Shown here piece after piece: positions 32,797 to 49,615 of a stretch of DNA of 64,000 bases. The DNA is from an uncultured Acidobacteriaceae bacterium. Its GTDB lineage: Bacteria; Acidobacteriota; Terriglobia; Terriglobales; Acidobacteriaceae. A program made the position numbers and the translations under genes. The stretch is taken from the NCBI GenBank assembly GCA_963758785.1, contig CAVWXA010000002.1, positions 652,669-716,668 on the forward strand. The letters are read 5' to 3'. Each line of letters opens with the position of its first letter. Within the stretch, counting starts at the first letter, position 1. A model generated the notes under the pieces. It saw only the letters and a list, made by a program, of their open reading frames with translations, did no database searches and was not told where the DNA came from.

Positions 32797-32842
32797 TTAA
32801 GCGGTGGTAGGGGATTTGGCGGGCTATTCGGACCGCGTCGTC

Positions 32843-32959
32843 TCCCACTCATGGCGCAAAGAACACGCCATGAATGGGGCACCGAGACATTGTGGGAGAT
32901 CGGCACCACGAAATGCAGGTCCTTCGACTCGTCGCCACGGCGACTCGCTCAGGATGACA
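32843..32959 (+). repeat. Family B (32843-32883) and family A (32911-32959) repeats
   Basis: CCCACTCATGGCG...CGCCATGAATGGGGCACC; GGTCCTTCGACT-GTCGCCACGGCGAC-CGCTCAGGATGACA. Confidence 0.9.
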
Positions 32960-32984
32960 GATCGGAAGGTAGTAGGCCCGCTTT

Positions 32985-34456
32985 CTAGCGGGCGGAGACG
33001 GTAGCGGAGCGGCGCGTGCGGTCGTGGGGCTCGGACTTTTCTGCGAGGTAGTGATTGACGGCGGCGGCGGCTTTGCGGCCTTCAGCGATGGCCCAGACGA
33101 CGAGCGACTGGCCGCGGCGCATGTCGCCGGCGGCGAAGATGCCTTCGCGCGAGGTCATGTAATTGGTGGTGGCGATGTTGCCGCGGTTGTCGAGCGCGAG
33201 GCCGAGCTGCTCGATCATGCCGTTGCTGACGGGGCCGAGGAAGCCCATGGCGAGCAAGGACGAGATCGACATCGAGAGTGAACTCGGTGCCGGATAGGGC
33301 TTCGAATTTGGGCGGAGGGCCGACGCGGACGGCGTGAAGCTGCTTGACGTTGCCGTGCTCGTCGCCGGTGAACTTGACGGTGTTGATGCTCCAGTCGCGG
33401 ATGCCGCCTTCTTCATGCGAGCTTTCGGTGCGCAGTTGCAGCGGCCAGAGCGGCCAGGGCGTGAGAGGCGGCGCGATCGGCCGGCGGCTTGGGCATGATT
33501 TCGAATTGATGCACGTTCTTGGCGCCCTGACGATGGCTGGTGCCGAGGCAGTCTGCGCCGGTGTCGCCGCCGCCGATGATGACGCACGCGCTTGCCGGTG
33601 GCGAGGATGGAGCCGGCAGCTTTCATGTTGGCGAGGAGCGTTTCTTCCGCGTCGCCTTCGTTGCGGCGATTCTGCTGGGGCAGAAACTCCATGGCGAAGT
33701 GAATGCCCTTGAGCTCGCGGCCGGGGATGGGCAGATCGCGAGGATGCTCAGCGCCGCCACAGAGCAGGATGGCGTCGAAGCCTTCAGTGAGCGATTCGAC
33801 GGAAACATTGACGCCGACGTGCGCGTTGGTCTGGAAGACGACGCCTTCGGCCTTCATCTGCTCGATGCGGCGATCGACGACATGCTTTTCAAGCTTGAAG
33901 TTGGGAATGCCGTAGCGCAGCAGGCCGCCGATGCGGTCGTTCTTCTCGAAGACGGTGACGGAGTGGCCGGCGCGGCGAAGTTGCTGCGCGGCGGCGAGGC
34001 CGGCGGGTCCGCTGCCGACGACGGCGACGCGCTTGCCGGTGGCCTGCTCGGGCGGCTCGGGATGAATCAAGCCTTCGTCCCAGCGCGCGCTCGACGATGG
34101 AGCGCTCGATGAGCTTGATGGAGACGGGCGGCTGATTGATGCCGAGAACGCAGGCGGCTTCGCAGGGAGCGGGGCAGATGCGGCCGGTGAACTCAGGAAA
34201 ATTGTTGGTGGAGTGGAGGCGGCGAATGGCTGCCTCCCAGCGATTGTTGTAGACGAGATCGTTCCAGTCGGGGATGAGGTTGTTGACCGGGCAGCCGGTG
34301 TGGCAGAAGGGCACGCCGCAGTCCATGCAGCGAGCGCCCTGCTCGCGCTGCTTTTCTTCAGGGAACGGCTCGTAGATTTCGAACCAGTCGCGAATGCGCT
34401 CGTCGGCCTTGCGGCGCGTGGCTTGCTCGCGTTGAATTTCAAGAAAGCCCGTGACC

Positions 34457-34464
<8 letters not shown>
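32985..34464 (-). CDS. gltD: Glutamate synthase small subunit (frameshifted)
   Basis: [54 protein letters not shown]. Confidence 0.96.
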
Positions 34465-39054
<4,590 letters not shown>

Positions 39055-39332
39055 GGCAGCCCTTGTGAGCAGTTTTTTCGTTGCGGGAGCGTAAACATTT
39101 CGAAGTACACATCCGCTCTGCGATTTTCGCTTGCGAAAATCGCCTTGGCGTGTGGTTCGAGAGGTTTGCGTGAGCAGACCCGGCCGCATCCGGGAACTGC
39201 GCTGCTTTTAATATAACGAAAAATCGCTGTCAATGCAGCACTTCCTTTCAGGATGGGGGACGGCCGCCAGGTGCGTGGAGGTAGCTTCAACGCAGCGCAT
39301 GTTACGTGTTTTGTGCCGTATACTCGGTTCGA

Positions 39333-40423
39333 ATGAACCAGATGAACGAAACGATCCTGGTGACAGGCGGGGCAGGATTTATCGGCTCGAATTTTGTTTT
39401 GAGCTGGATGAAGGCCGGCGGGCGAAATGGTGGTGAATCTTGACCTGCTGACTTACGCGGGGAATGCCGGCGAACCTGGCGACGGTGGAGGGCGACGGGC
39501 GCTACACTTTTGTGCGCGGCGACATTTGCGATGCGGAGCTGGTGGGGTCGCTGCTGCGCAAGCATCGGCCACGAGCAATCGTGCATTTTGCGGCCGAGAG
39601 CCACGTGGACCGGTCGATTGTTTCGCCGGAAGCGTTTATCCGGACCAACGTGCAGGGAACGTTTACGCTGCTGGAGCAGGCGCGGGTTTACTGGGCTGGG
39701 CTGAGCGAGGAGGATCGGGCCGCGTTCCGGTTTTTGCACGTTTCGACGGACGAGGTGTATGGGACGCTGGCTGCTGACGATCCGGCGTTCAGTGAAGAGA
39801 CTGCCTATGCGCCGAACAGTCCGTATGCGGCGTCGAAGGCAGGATCGGATCATCTGGCCAGGGCATATTTTCATACGTTCGGGCTGCCGGTGCTGACCAC
39901 GAACTGCTCGAATAATTACGGGCCATATCAGTTTCCGGAGAAGCTGATTCCGCTGATGATTCTGAATGCGCTGGAGGGCAAGCCGCTGCCGGTTTACGGC
40001 GACGGGAAGAACGTGCGCGACTGGTTGTTTGTGGAGGATCATTGCGCGGCGATCCGAGCGGTTCTCAAGAACGGGCGGCCGGGAGAAACCTACAACATCG
40101 GCGGCAACAGCGAGCGGGCGAACATCGATGTGGTGACGACGATCTGCGATCTGGTGGACGAGATGCGGCCGCAGGCAGGAGCCGGGGCGCGGCGAAGGCT
40201 GATCACTTATGTCGAAGACCGGCCGGGACACGACCGGCGGTACGCCATCGACGCGCGGAAAATTGCGCGCGAGCTGGGATGGAAGCCGGCGGAAGAATTT
40301 GAGAGCGGGCTGCGCAAGACGGTGCGCTGGTATCTGGACAACGGCGACTGGGTGAACAGCGTGCGGACCGGCGCTTATCGCGACTGGATCGCGAAGAATT
40401 ATGCGGAGCGGCAGGCGTTATGA
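39333..40423 (+). CDS. rfbB: dTDP-glucose 4,6-dehydratase (5' frameshifts)
   Basis: [44 protein letters not shown]. Confidence 0.96.
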
Positions 40424-40433
40424 GGATTGAAAT

Positions 40434-41334
40434 ATGAAAGGGATTATTCTTGCCGGCGGATCGGGGACGCGGCTGTATCCCGTGACTCATGTGGTGTCGA
40501 AGCAGCTTTTGCCGGTTTACAACAAGCCGATGATTTATTACCCGCTGAGCACGCTGATGCTGGCCGGGCTGCGGGAGATTCTGATCATCTCAACACCGCA
40601 GGACACTGCGCGATTTAAGGATTTGCTGGGCGATGGAAGACACTGGGGCCTGGAGATCAGCTACGCCGTGCAGCCAAGCCCCGATGGGCTGGCGCAGGCG
40701 TTCCTGATCGGGCGGGATTTTATTGGCGGGGATTCGAGCGCGCTGGTGCTGGGAGACAACATTTTTTACGGGCAAGGATTTTCGAAGCAGTTGCAGACGG
40801 CGGCACAACTTGAAGATGGCGCGACGGTGTTTGCGTATCCGGTGGAAGATCCGCAGCGGTACGGCGTGGTGGAGTTTGACGACGCGGGCCGGGCAGTGAG
40901 CCTGGAAGAGAAGCCGGCAAAGCCGAAGTCGCGGTACGCGGTGACGGGATTGTATTTTTACGATCGCGATGTGGTGAAGATCGCCGAGACGCTGAAGCCC
41001 TCAGCGCGCGGCGAACTGGAGATTACGGACTTGAACCGGCCGCTACCTGGAGGCAGGGAAGCTGAAGGTGGAGATCATGAGCCGCGGCATGGCTTGGCTC
41101 GACACGGGCACGCACGATTCGCTGTTGGAGGCGGCGCTGTTTGTGCACACGATCGAGCGGCGGCAGGGACTGAACATCGCCTGCCCGGAGGAGATTGCGT
41201 ACCGGCAGGGATTCATCAACGCCGAGCAACTTGAGGCGCTCGCACAGCCGATCGCGAAGAGCGGGTATGGGCAGTACCTGCTGGCGATGTTGCGAGAGCC
41301 ATATTTTGCGGGGAAGTCGAATAAAGGTCGATAA
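40434..41334 (+). CDS. rfbA: Glucose-1-phosphate thymidylyltransferase (one frameshift)
   Basis: [35 protein letters not shown]. Confidence 0.97.
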
Positions 41335-41370
41335 AGGCACGACTTACAATTTTGCTGGATTCTTACCGTA

Positions 41371-41917
41371 ATGAAGATTGAAGCGACAACCTTGCCGGGC
41401 GTGCTGGTGCTGACCCCGACGATCTACCGGGACGATCGCGGCGCGTTCTTGGAGACCTTCAATTTGCGACGAAATGGCGGAGGCGGGGCTGCCGGCGAAT
41501 TGGGTGCAGGACAATTTTTCGATTTCGAAGAAAAACGTGCTGCGCGGGATTCACTACCAGATGACGCAGCCGCAGGGAAAGCTGGTGCGGGTGACGCATG
41601 GCGCGGTGCTGGATGTGGCCGTGGACCTGAGGCGCAGCTCGCCGACATTTGGGAAGCATGTGGCTGTGGAGCTGAGCGGGGAGAACGGCAAGATGCTGTG
41701 GATTCCCGCGGGATTTGGGCATGCGTTTCTGGTGCTGAGCGATGTGGCCGGATTTGCGTACAAGGTGACGGATTATTATGCTCCGGCGGGCGAGCGGACG
41801 ATCGTGTGGAACGATGCGGAGCTGGGGATCAACTGGCCGGTGGCCGCCGGGGACGCGATTGTTTCGGAGAAGGACCGGAAGGGCGCGAAGCTGCGGGACG
41901 CGGAAGTATTTGCATAG
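41371..41917 (+). CDS. rfbC: dTDP-4-dehydrorhamnose 3,5-epimerase (one frameshift)
   Basis: DDRGAFLE, QDN.S, LRGIHYQ, QGKLVRV, GFGHAF. Confidence 0.95.
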
Positions 41918-42051
41918 AGCGTGTTTCAAAAATGGCTATGTGGATTCCGATTGTCTTACTCCAGGGGTTAAAACCCGTTGTTTTTATGGCCTCTTTCGGC
42001 CCGGCTGAAGCCGTGCCCTTGTTACAAAGCAGATTTTTGAAACCTGCTCTA
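41915..42051. mobile_element. MITE-like element with 19-bp TIRs carrying a family D repeat
   Basis: TAGAGCGTGTTTCAAAAAT ... ATTTTTGAAACCTGCTCTA (17/19); interior AGGGGTTAAAACCC...CGGCCCGGCTGAAGCCGTGCCC. Confidence 0.7.
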
Positions 42052-42104
42052 ACGATTGCTCCTTACAAACCGCCGCGTGAGCGATCGACTGTTCTCGCGG
42101 AGAA

Positions 42105-42533
42105 ATGAATCCAATGGCAAATGCTGACAGGCTCGACGAAACATCGCGAACGCGGCGGTTCTGGCTCAGGGTGTTGTTGGCGATCGGGATGTTGTGGGGA
42201 TTCCTGCCCTTTGTCATGACGCCTTTTATCACCAAGGGCGCAAGTGACAGTTCTTTCGATATCTTCGCATCGGTTCTCAATTCGCTTACAGTTTTGCCGG
42301 CATGCGCGCTGGCGCTTCGGTATCGACGGATTGCGTGCGTCTGGCTCAGCATCAATGCGGTGCTGATCGGGACTGCGCTGGCGACGTTTATTGCGCGAAC
42401 GGGCAAGTTCGAAACGATGATGATCCTCGAGGTTGCCGGACCGATCGCGATCGCGGTTTGCCTGGACATTGTGGAGGCGCTCAACTGGCCGCGGGCTTTG
42501 GAAACGCGGGTAGCGAAAGCGCGCCAGGGATGA
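42105..42533 (+). CDS. Hypothetical membrane protein (about 4 TM)
   Basis: 142-aa hydrophobic ORF, GGAG upstream. Confidence 0.7.
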   Translation: MNPMANADRLDETSRTRRFWLRVLLAIGMLWGFLPFVMTPFITKGASDSSFDIFASVLNSLTVLPACALALRYRRIACVWLSINAVLIGTALATFIARTGKFETMMILEVAGPIAIAVCLDIVEALNWPRALETRVAKARQG

Positions 42534-42650
42534 CCGGCGAAAGGGCTGTGGGAGTAGCCGGCTGGCGTATCTGGCGCATCGCCGCCGATGGTATACTCAG
42601 CAGGTCAGGTGGGTGCGAGCCCCACTATTTTCAACGCTTTTGAGGTCCTT

Positions 42651-43397
<747 letters not shown>

Positions 43398-43420
43398 GCG
43401 GCCCCGAGGCAGGCAGGAAG

Positions 43421-43450
43421 AAGGCCGCCCGGTAGTGGCGGTCTTTTTTT
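43421..43450 (+). terminator. Intrinsic terminator after yebC
   Basis: AGGCCGCC-loop-GGCGGTCT followed by a T run. Confidence 0.8.
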
Positions 43451-43553
43451 GATTGAAGCAGGGAACGAAAAGACAGGGAATAGGAAGTAGGAAATAGGGA
43501 ATAGGAAATAGAAAGACAAAGACAGTAAGGACGAAAGACGGGATCGGGTGAGG

Positions 43554-44307
43554 ATGGGAAAGGCTTTGACGCGAGCGCGGGGACTTGTATTGCTGTTGTT
43601 GGTGGCTGGGGCGGTGATGGCGGCAGCGGAGATGCCGGACGGAGCCGTTGCAAATGGAGATGATGCGGCGAATCCGGTGGCCCAAGTGAGGAACGAGCGG
43701 AGCTGGGAGTACGGACCGTTTGTGAATTGGGGCACAGGAGTCGGCGAGCGGTCCAACTACAAATTTCTGTGGGCGGGATTCGAACTGGGCAAGATTCTGT
43801 CGCCTGCAGTCCATGCGGGATTTCTGAGCGGCCAGTTTCAGTTCGCGGGGAACGTCATGCCGTTATGGCAGGCTTACACGCCGCCTCCGCACGAAGAGAA
43901 CTACACGTGCGTTACGCCGGGCGGACAGTTGATTGGTTGCCTTTTGCCGACTGGCGGCGGCACGTTTTACGGGGTGAGCCTGACGCCGGTGATCTTTCGC
44001 TGGAATTTCCTGACGAAGTCGAAGCGGGTTCAGCCGTGGTTTCAAGGCGCAGGCGGGCTGATTTATACGACGCACAAGTTCCCGCCGAATCTCCTGAGCA
44101 ACAAAGCAGAGGGAATCGATGGCGGGACAAGCGTGTGGAACTTTTCGCCGCAAGGCGGCGGAGGGGTCCACATTTTTCTGCGGCCGAAGCGATCGATTGA
44201 TCATTGGTGTCAATGGGGTGCATATTTCGTCGGCCTCGCTGGGCGACCGCAACCCCGGCGTGAATGCCAGTATTCAGGTACAGGTGGGCTATACGTTCTG
44301 GAGATGA
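43554..44307 (+). CDS. PagL-like lipid A 3-O-deacylase / acyloxyacyl hydrolase beta-barrel (one frameshift)
   Basis: Signal peptide, PVIFRWNF, WNFSPQGGGG, HISSASLGDRNPGVN, terminal GYTFW. Confidence 0.8.
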
Positions 44308-44451
44308 CGAAAGACAGGGAACGACAAGACAGGGATTAAGGAATAGGGAATAGAAAAACAGGGAACGAGGGACGAGGGGCCAGGGAATAGAAATAAGGAC
44401 CGGCGCGGAGAAGGGTCGACAGGGCGGGAAGCGCGAGAGAGCAAGGCAGTG

Positions 44452-45369
44452 ATGAACGGACCGCTAGTAGAGTGTGTTCCCAACTTTTCAGAGGGCACGG
44501 ATACGAGGCGGATGGGAGCGATTGTTGCCGCCATGCGCGTGGATGGGGTGCACCTTCTGGACTGGTCGATGGACGCGGACCACAACCGCTCCGTGGTGAC
44601 GATTGCGGGGGAGCCGGCCGCAGTGGTGGAAGCAGCGGTGCGCGGCGCCGGCAAAGCTGTGGAGCTGATCGACCTGACCAGACAGCAAGGGGTTCATCCC
44701 CGGATTGGCGCTGCGGACGTGATTCCGTTTGTGCCGGTGCAGGGGATCAAGCTGGAGCAGTGCGTTCTGCTGGCGCGGCAGGCGGGGTTGGAAATCTGGC
44801 GTCGGTTTGGAGTTCCTGTCTATTTCTACGAGGCGGCGGCATCGCGGCCGGATCGCGTGAACCTTGAGGATGTGCGGCGGGGACAGTTCGAGGGACTGAG
44901 AGACGCGGTAGAGAAGGAACCGTCGCGGCGGCCTGACCTGGGTGGCCCGGCGCTTCATCCGACGGGTGGGGCGTGTGCGGTGGGGGCGCGCAAGTTTCTT
45001 GTGGCGTACAACATCTATTTCGATTCTGCAGATGTGGCCATGGCGCGAGCGATTGCGCGAGAGATTCGCGCCGCATCAGGCGGGTTGAAGGGCGTGAAGG
45101 CGATGGGGGTCCTGGCCCATGGCCGGGCCCAGCTCTCGATGAACATCACGGATTTTGAGGCGACGCCGCTCTCCCGGGTGTACCAGGCGGTGGCTAGGCT
45201 GGCTGCGCGCCATAAAGCGGCGATCGCTGAAGGGGAAGTGATCGGCCTGGTTCCGGAAGCCGCCTGTGAGCGGGAAAGCGAGTGGATGCGTCAATTGGTA
45301 GAGTTCGATGAGCAGACCAAGATCCTGGAACGACGGCTGGCGCATCCACTGGCGTGGCCGGGTAATTGA
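44452..45369 (+). CDS. ftcD: Glutamate formiminotransferase (stand-alone FT domain)
   Basis: LVECVPNFSEG, DADHNRSVVT, GVHPRIGAADVIPFVP, GARKFLVAYNI, QLSMN. Confidence 0.93.
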   Translation: MNGPLVECVPNFSEGTDTRRMGAIVAAMRVDGVHLLDWSMDADHNRSVVTIAGEPAAVVEAAVRGAGKAVELIDLTRQQGVHPRIGAADVIPFVPVQGIKLEQCVLLARQAGLEIWRRFGVPVYFYEAAASRPDRVNLEDVRRGQFEGLRDAVEKEPSRRPDLGGPALHPTGGACAVGARKFLVAYNIYFDSADVAMARAIAREIRAASGGLKGVKAMGVLAHGRAQLSMNITDFEATPLSRVYQAVARLAARHKAAIAEGEVIGLVPEAACERESEWMRQLVEFDEQTKILERRLAHPLAWPGN

Positions 45370-45532
45370 AGCCGTAACAAAGCTGGTGCGCGAGCAACGA
45401 CGAGAAAGAAACAGACGCGTAAAATAGAAGTAAGGAAAAGGACGCGGACAGCACGGATCGTCCGGAAGCACGGTCTGCATTGCAGATTGCACTGATGTAA
45501 TTATCCCAAGCGATGCGTTTAGTTTCGGGAGG

Positions 45533-46522
45533 ATGAAATTGTTAAAGTATTTCATTAAGTCTCAGGTTTTGGCCATGCTGTTGGCGGGAGCGGGGCTGGC
45601 ATCGGCAGCGCAGTTGTCGACGGATGCGCGCGGAGCAATTCCGCACGATGTGCAGCAACTGGTGGTGATCGACTACCGGGCGATGCAGAATTCGACGGCA
45701 GCGATGGATCTGCGCGGCCGCGTGATGCCGCCGGAATTGAAGCAGTTTGATGAAGCGCTGAGCAAGTTCACCGTGGGCAAGTCGGGTTCGGGCGAAGGCG
45801 AGGAGACGATCGATCAGTACGTGGACGAGCTGGCGTTCGCATTGTTCCGGCCGTCGCCGGGAAGCGACGCACTGCAGACGGTAGGAATCGCGCAGGGCCA
45901 GTTTCCGATACAGGACATCCTGGCCAGATTTACGAGGCAGAAACTGAAGCCCACGATGGTGCGGACCAACAGCGTTTATCCGATGGCGCGGACAGGGATG
46001 GTGCTTTGCTTTGTCGATCCATCAACGATGGTTTTCGGAAGCAAAGACGCGGTGAACAAGGCGTTGGATGCGCGCGACGGTATGGCGTCAAGCATGCTGA
46101 CCAACGGATCCATGATGAATGCGATGCAGAGTGTGGACTCCAACCCGCTGTGGAGCATTCTGGACAACAAGGGCACGCAGACGATGATGAAGCAGCTCCT
46201 GGGCGAGGCCGGGTCGGTGACGGATTTCGACAGCGTGAAGCAGCGGCTGGATGCATCGTGGTACTCGATGGATTTTACGCACGGCGTGAAATTCGATTTG
46301 ACGATTGCAACCGGCGACTCGTTCGCGGCGGCAACCATTTCGTCGCTGTTGTCGGCGGCGGTGATGCTGCGCAAGATGACGGCATCTGACACTGAGAAGC
46401 AGGCGCTCAGCCAGACGGATATCGGCTCGAGCTCAGGAAACCTGAGCATTCACTTTGCCAGCTCGGACTCGGATTTCGCCGCGTTGCTGCAGTCGCCGCT
46501 GTTCCAGAGCATGGTGCACTGA
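45533..46522 (+). CDS. Exported hypothetical protein
   Basis: Intact 329-aa ORF, RBS GGAGG, signal peptide ending ASA. Confidence 0.85.
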   Translation: MKLLKYFIKSQVLAMLLAGAGLASAAQLSTDARGAIPHDVQQLVVIDYRAMQNSTAAMDLRGRVMPPELKQFDEALSKFTVGKSGSGEGEETIDQYVDELAFALFRPSPGSDALQTVGIAQGQFPIQDILARFTRQKLKPTMVRTNSVYPMARTGMVLCFVDPSTMVFGSKDAVNKALDARDGMASSMLTNGSMMNAMQSVDSNPLWSILDNKGTQTMMKQLLGEAGSVTDFDSVKQRLDASWYSMDFTHGVKFDLTIATGDSFAAATISSLLSAAVMLRKMTASDTEKQALSQTDIGSSSGNLSIHFASSDSDFAALLQSPLFQSMVH

Positions 46523-46585
46523 CGGCGCATGCTGCAGGCTCGTTCAGGGCCAGCGGGGTTGTTTCATCGATCGGAGAGAAGCTTT

Positions 46586-46620
46586 AGGGGCGGCGCATAT
46601 CGCGCCGCCCTTTTGCTTTT
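46586..46620 (+). terminator. Intrinsic terminator
   Basis: GGGCGGCGC-loop-GCGCCGCCC followed by TTTTGCTTTT. Confidence 0.8.
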
Positions 46621-46769
46621 CTGAATCTTCGAGGACTTTTGCCGGCCTGGAGCAGTCTTCACGAAGCTCGAGGGCGGTGCCCTCTCAAAGCACCCATTTT
46701 GGTACAAAGCTAAGCGGTCACGGGCCTGGCTGTTTCGTGAGCTGTTAAATCTTGAGGCGGTATTGTCTT

Positions 46770-49128
46770 TCAAGCTGACTTGATTGTGATCGGAGCAAGA
46801 CGAGATTTTGCTGAATCGTCAGGCGCATCGGGCGGCTGGTAGTTACAGGCGCGATTGCGGCCGGTGCGCTTGGCCTGGTAGAGAGCCTGATCGGCGCAGT
46901 CGATGAGAGAAGCCGCTTGCTCTCCCAACTGGGGCACGAGGGTGACGCATCCGGCGGAAACGGTGACCACGCCAACGGCGTTGGCAGGGTGAGGAAGTGC
47001 CGGTTACTGACGGCCGTGCAAATGTCGCGCGCCATCTGCAATGCGCCGCTATTGGCGGTGTTGGGCAGGATGACGGCAAACTCTTCTCCGCCGAAGCGCG
47101 TGACGAGGTCGCCGGGCCTGGCGACGACAGCTTGAACGGCCGTGGCGATCTGCTGAAGGCAATTGTCGCCGCGCAGATGGCCAAAGGTGTCGTTGTAGGA
47201 CTTGAAGAAATCGGCATCGATTAGGAGCAGAGAGAGGGGATGGCGATCGCGGAGGCCGCGGCGCCACTCGGTGGCGAAGCATTGGTCGAAGCGGCGGCGA
47301 TTGGCAAGGCCGGTAAGGGCATCGGTGTCGGCGAGGACTTCGACGGCGTGATAAGCCTCGGTGAGTTTCTGCTGAGAGAGCTTGTCGTCGGTAATGTCGC
47401 GAAAGAACCAGACGCGGCCCCGATACTGTCCGTCCTTTGTGCGGACGCAGGTGCTGTAGCGCTCCAGCGTCCGACCGTCAACGAGCTCGACTTCACAATG
47501 ATCTTTCTCGTCGGGATTCGCGTAGAGCTCCTTGAGCCGGTTCTCGAAGGCGTTCCGATCCTTCAGGCGTGTGAGGGCTTGAGAAAGGAGCTGTCGTTCG
47601 GAGAGCCGAGCGGCGCTGTCGAGATGACCGGGAACGCTTTCCTGCAGATCAAGCTGCCACACTTCGGCGAACCTTCGATTGCACGAGACCACGTTTTGCC
47701 GGTCGTCTACCACGAGAATTCCATCGAGCGAAACTTCGTTGATGGCATCGATGAGGGAATGCTGGAGTTGCCGGGCTTCTTCGGCGAGCTTGCGGTCGGT
47801 GATGTCGCGGACGATTTGCAGGATTCCTGTGCGGACCGCGGTTCTGGAATCGCGCAAGATGTGCAGGCTGCCTTCCACCCAGACATGTTCACCGTTCCGT
47901 TTTTTCACGCGGTATTCGAGGGTTCCGGTTTCAGAACCCGCGCGCAGAGCCTGGACCAATGCGGCCATCCTGGGGAGGTCGTCTGGATGGATCACGTCGG
48001 CGAAGCCGCGGTGCATGGTTTCGCGGGGATTGTATCCGGTCAAGAGGCCGACCGCCGGCGAGATATAGCGGGGCATTCCATCGAAGTCGGCGAGCATGAT
48101 GATGTCGCGGGAATTGTCGGTGACGAGTTGATGGAGCGTCGCAATTTCCTGGAGGCGGCGTTCCGCAGTGCGCAGGTTTTCAAGCACGACGGAGACGCTG
48201 TAGAGCGTGAAGATTGCGACGGCGATGAAGATTTGCAGAAAGACTGCCGGCTCGATGGGGGAACGCGCAATGAAGGAGGAGAACGGGCCGAGGTGATGCA
48301 CGGTGTACCAGCTTGCGATGGCAGCGACAAAGAGAGTGGCCAGGGCGGCCCATCCGAGGTCGAGGCGAAGGAGCACAAGGATCAAAAGCGGGAAGAGAAT
48401 GAAGGCCAGAGGCATTGTGGAGTTGGAAAAGATCATGTACGCGACAACCACAACCGGAAGGATGTGGGCCCAATGTTTGAGAGAGAAGAGCGATTTCCGC
48501 AAACGAGTGCGGAAGATGGCGACGCAGGCCGGAGTGACAACGCAGGCTCCGAGCGCGTCGGCGGCAACCCATTGCAGAAACTGGGCGCTGACTGACGAAG
48601 CGTGCAGAGCGGGGAAGCAGCGTGCAGGAGCGGGGAAGGAGCGTGCCAAAGCGGCGAGCCAAAATGCCAAAGCGGAGAGAGCAGGGCGTCGGCTGCTCCG
48701 GTGATCGCCGGACCGGCAAGGACGCCGAACAGGAAAAACCGGGTGATGTAGGCGGGGCTGGTGAAATCAGGGAGGTCGGAGGAACGGCGGCGTAAGAGCG
48801 CGGCGCTGATGAGCGATTCAGCGAGGTTGAGGAAGGTGAGGATGAGGCCGCTGACGACGCCATGATGGCCGATGAGCAAGCCGGCGGTGAATTGCGCGAC
48901 GTAGCCGGCGCCGAGGTAGGCGGCCCAGCGGTGGCGCGGCGCCAGGAGCAAATAGGCGAGCATGACTCCGTTGGCGACCCAGATGAGATTGGCTTCGGGG
49001 GCGAGGCCGACGAAGACTGTGGCCAAGGCGACGGAGAAGAAACATCCTGCCAGGCGCAGGGCGAAACCATGCTTTCGCAGAGCGCTGATCAAGAGACGAG
49101 TAGCTCTGGATGCAGCCTTGGCGCGCAA
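46770..49128 (-). CDS. MASE1-PAS-PAS-GGDEF diguanylate cyclase (frameshifted)
   Basis: IWVANG MASE1, VIHPDD PAS, DALTGLANRR, DADFFKSYND, RPGD I-site, RFGGEEF, ADQALYQAK. Confidence 0.92.
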
Positions 49129-49238
49129 CTCCAGCCTCCTGAAGTGTCTTATCGGACGGATTCAGCGCAACTTCAGGAGGTTAAAGCGGGAATGCATCGG
49201 ACGTTGCCGGATCGGGGCAGCGCAGGCAGGCACGCGCG

Positions 49239-49615
49239 TCAGGAAGGCGAAGTGAGCTGAGGGTGGAATTCGGCCTTGCCACCGGGCAGAAGCACGATTT
49301 GCAGGTGTCCCTGCTGGTGCTCGACCAGTGTGGGGCCGGTGATCTGGACCTGCCTGTGGTCGGGGCTCGTGTACTGGAGCTTGAGCGGGCCGCTGCCGCG
49401 GACCTGGAATCGATAGTGGAAGACGGCGCCGGTGGCGAGAGTGTCGGCGCCAAAGCTCGCATCGGGGTAGTCGACCTCGAGAAGCTGGATGGGGGCGCCG
49501 GTGCGGTTCTCGATGGTGGTGTCAATGTGGTAGGAGTGGCAGGCGGAGGCGGTGAGGAGAAGGGCGCGAGGAGAACGGCGACAAGGAAACGAAGCGGATC
49601 GCGCCGGTGCGTCAC
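49239..49615 (-). CDS. Small hypothetical lipoprotein (frameshift in signal region)
   Basis: LLLTASAC lipobox; GTG overlaps the lpxD stop. Confidence 0.7.
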
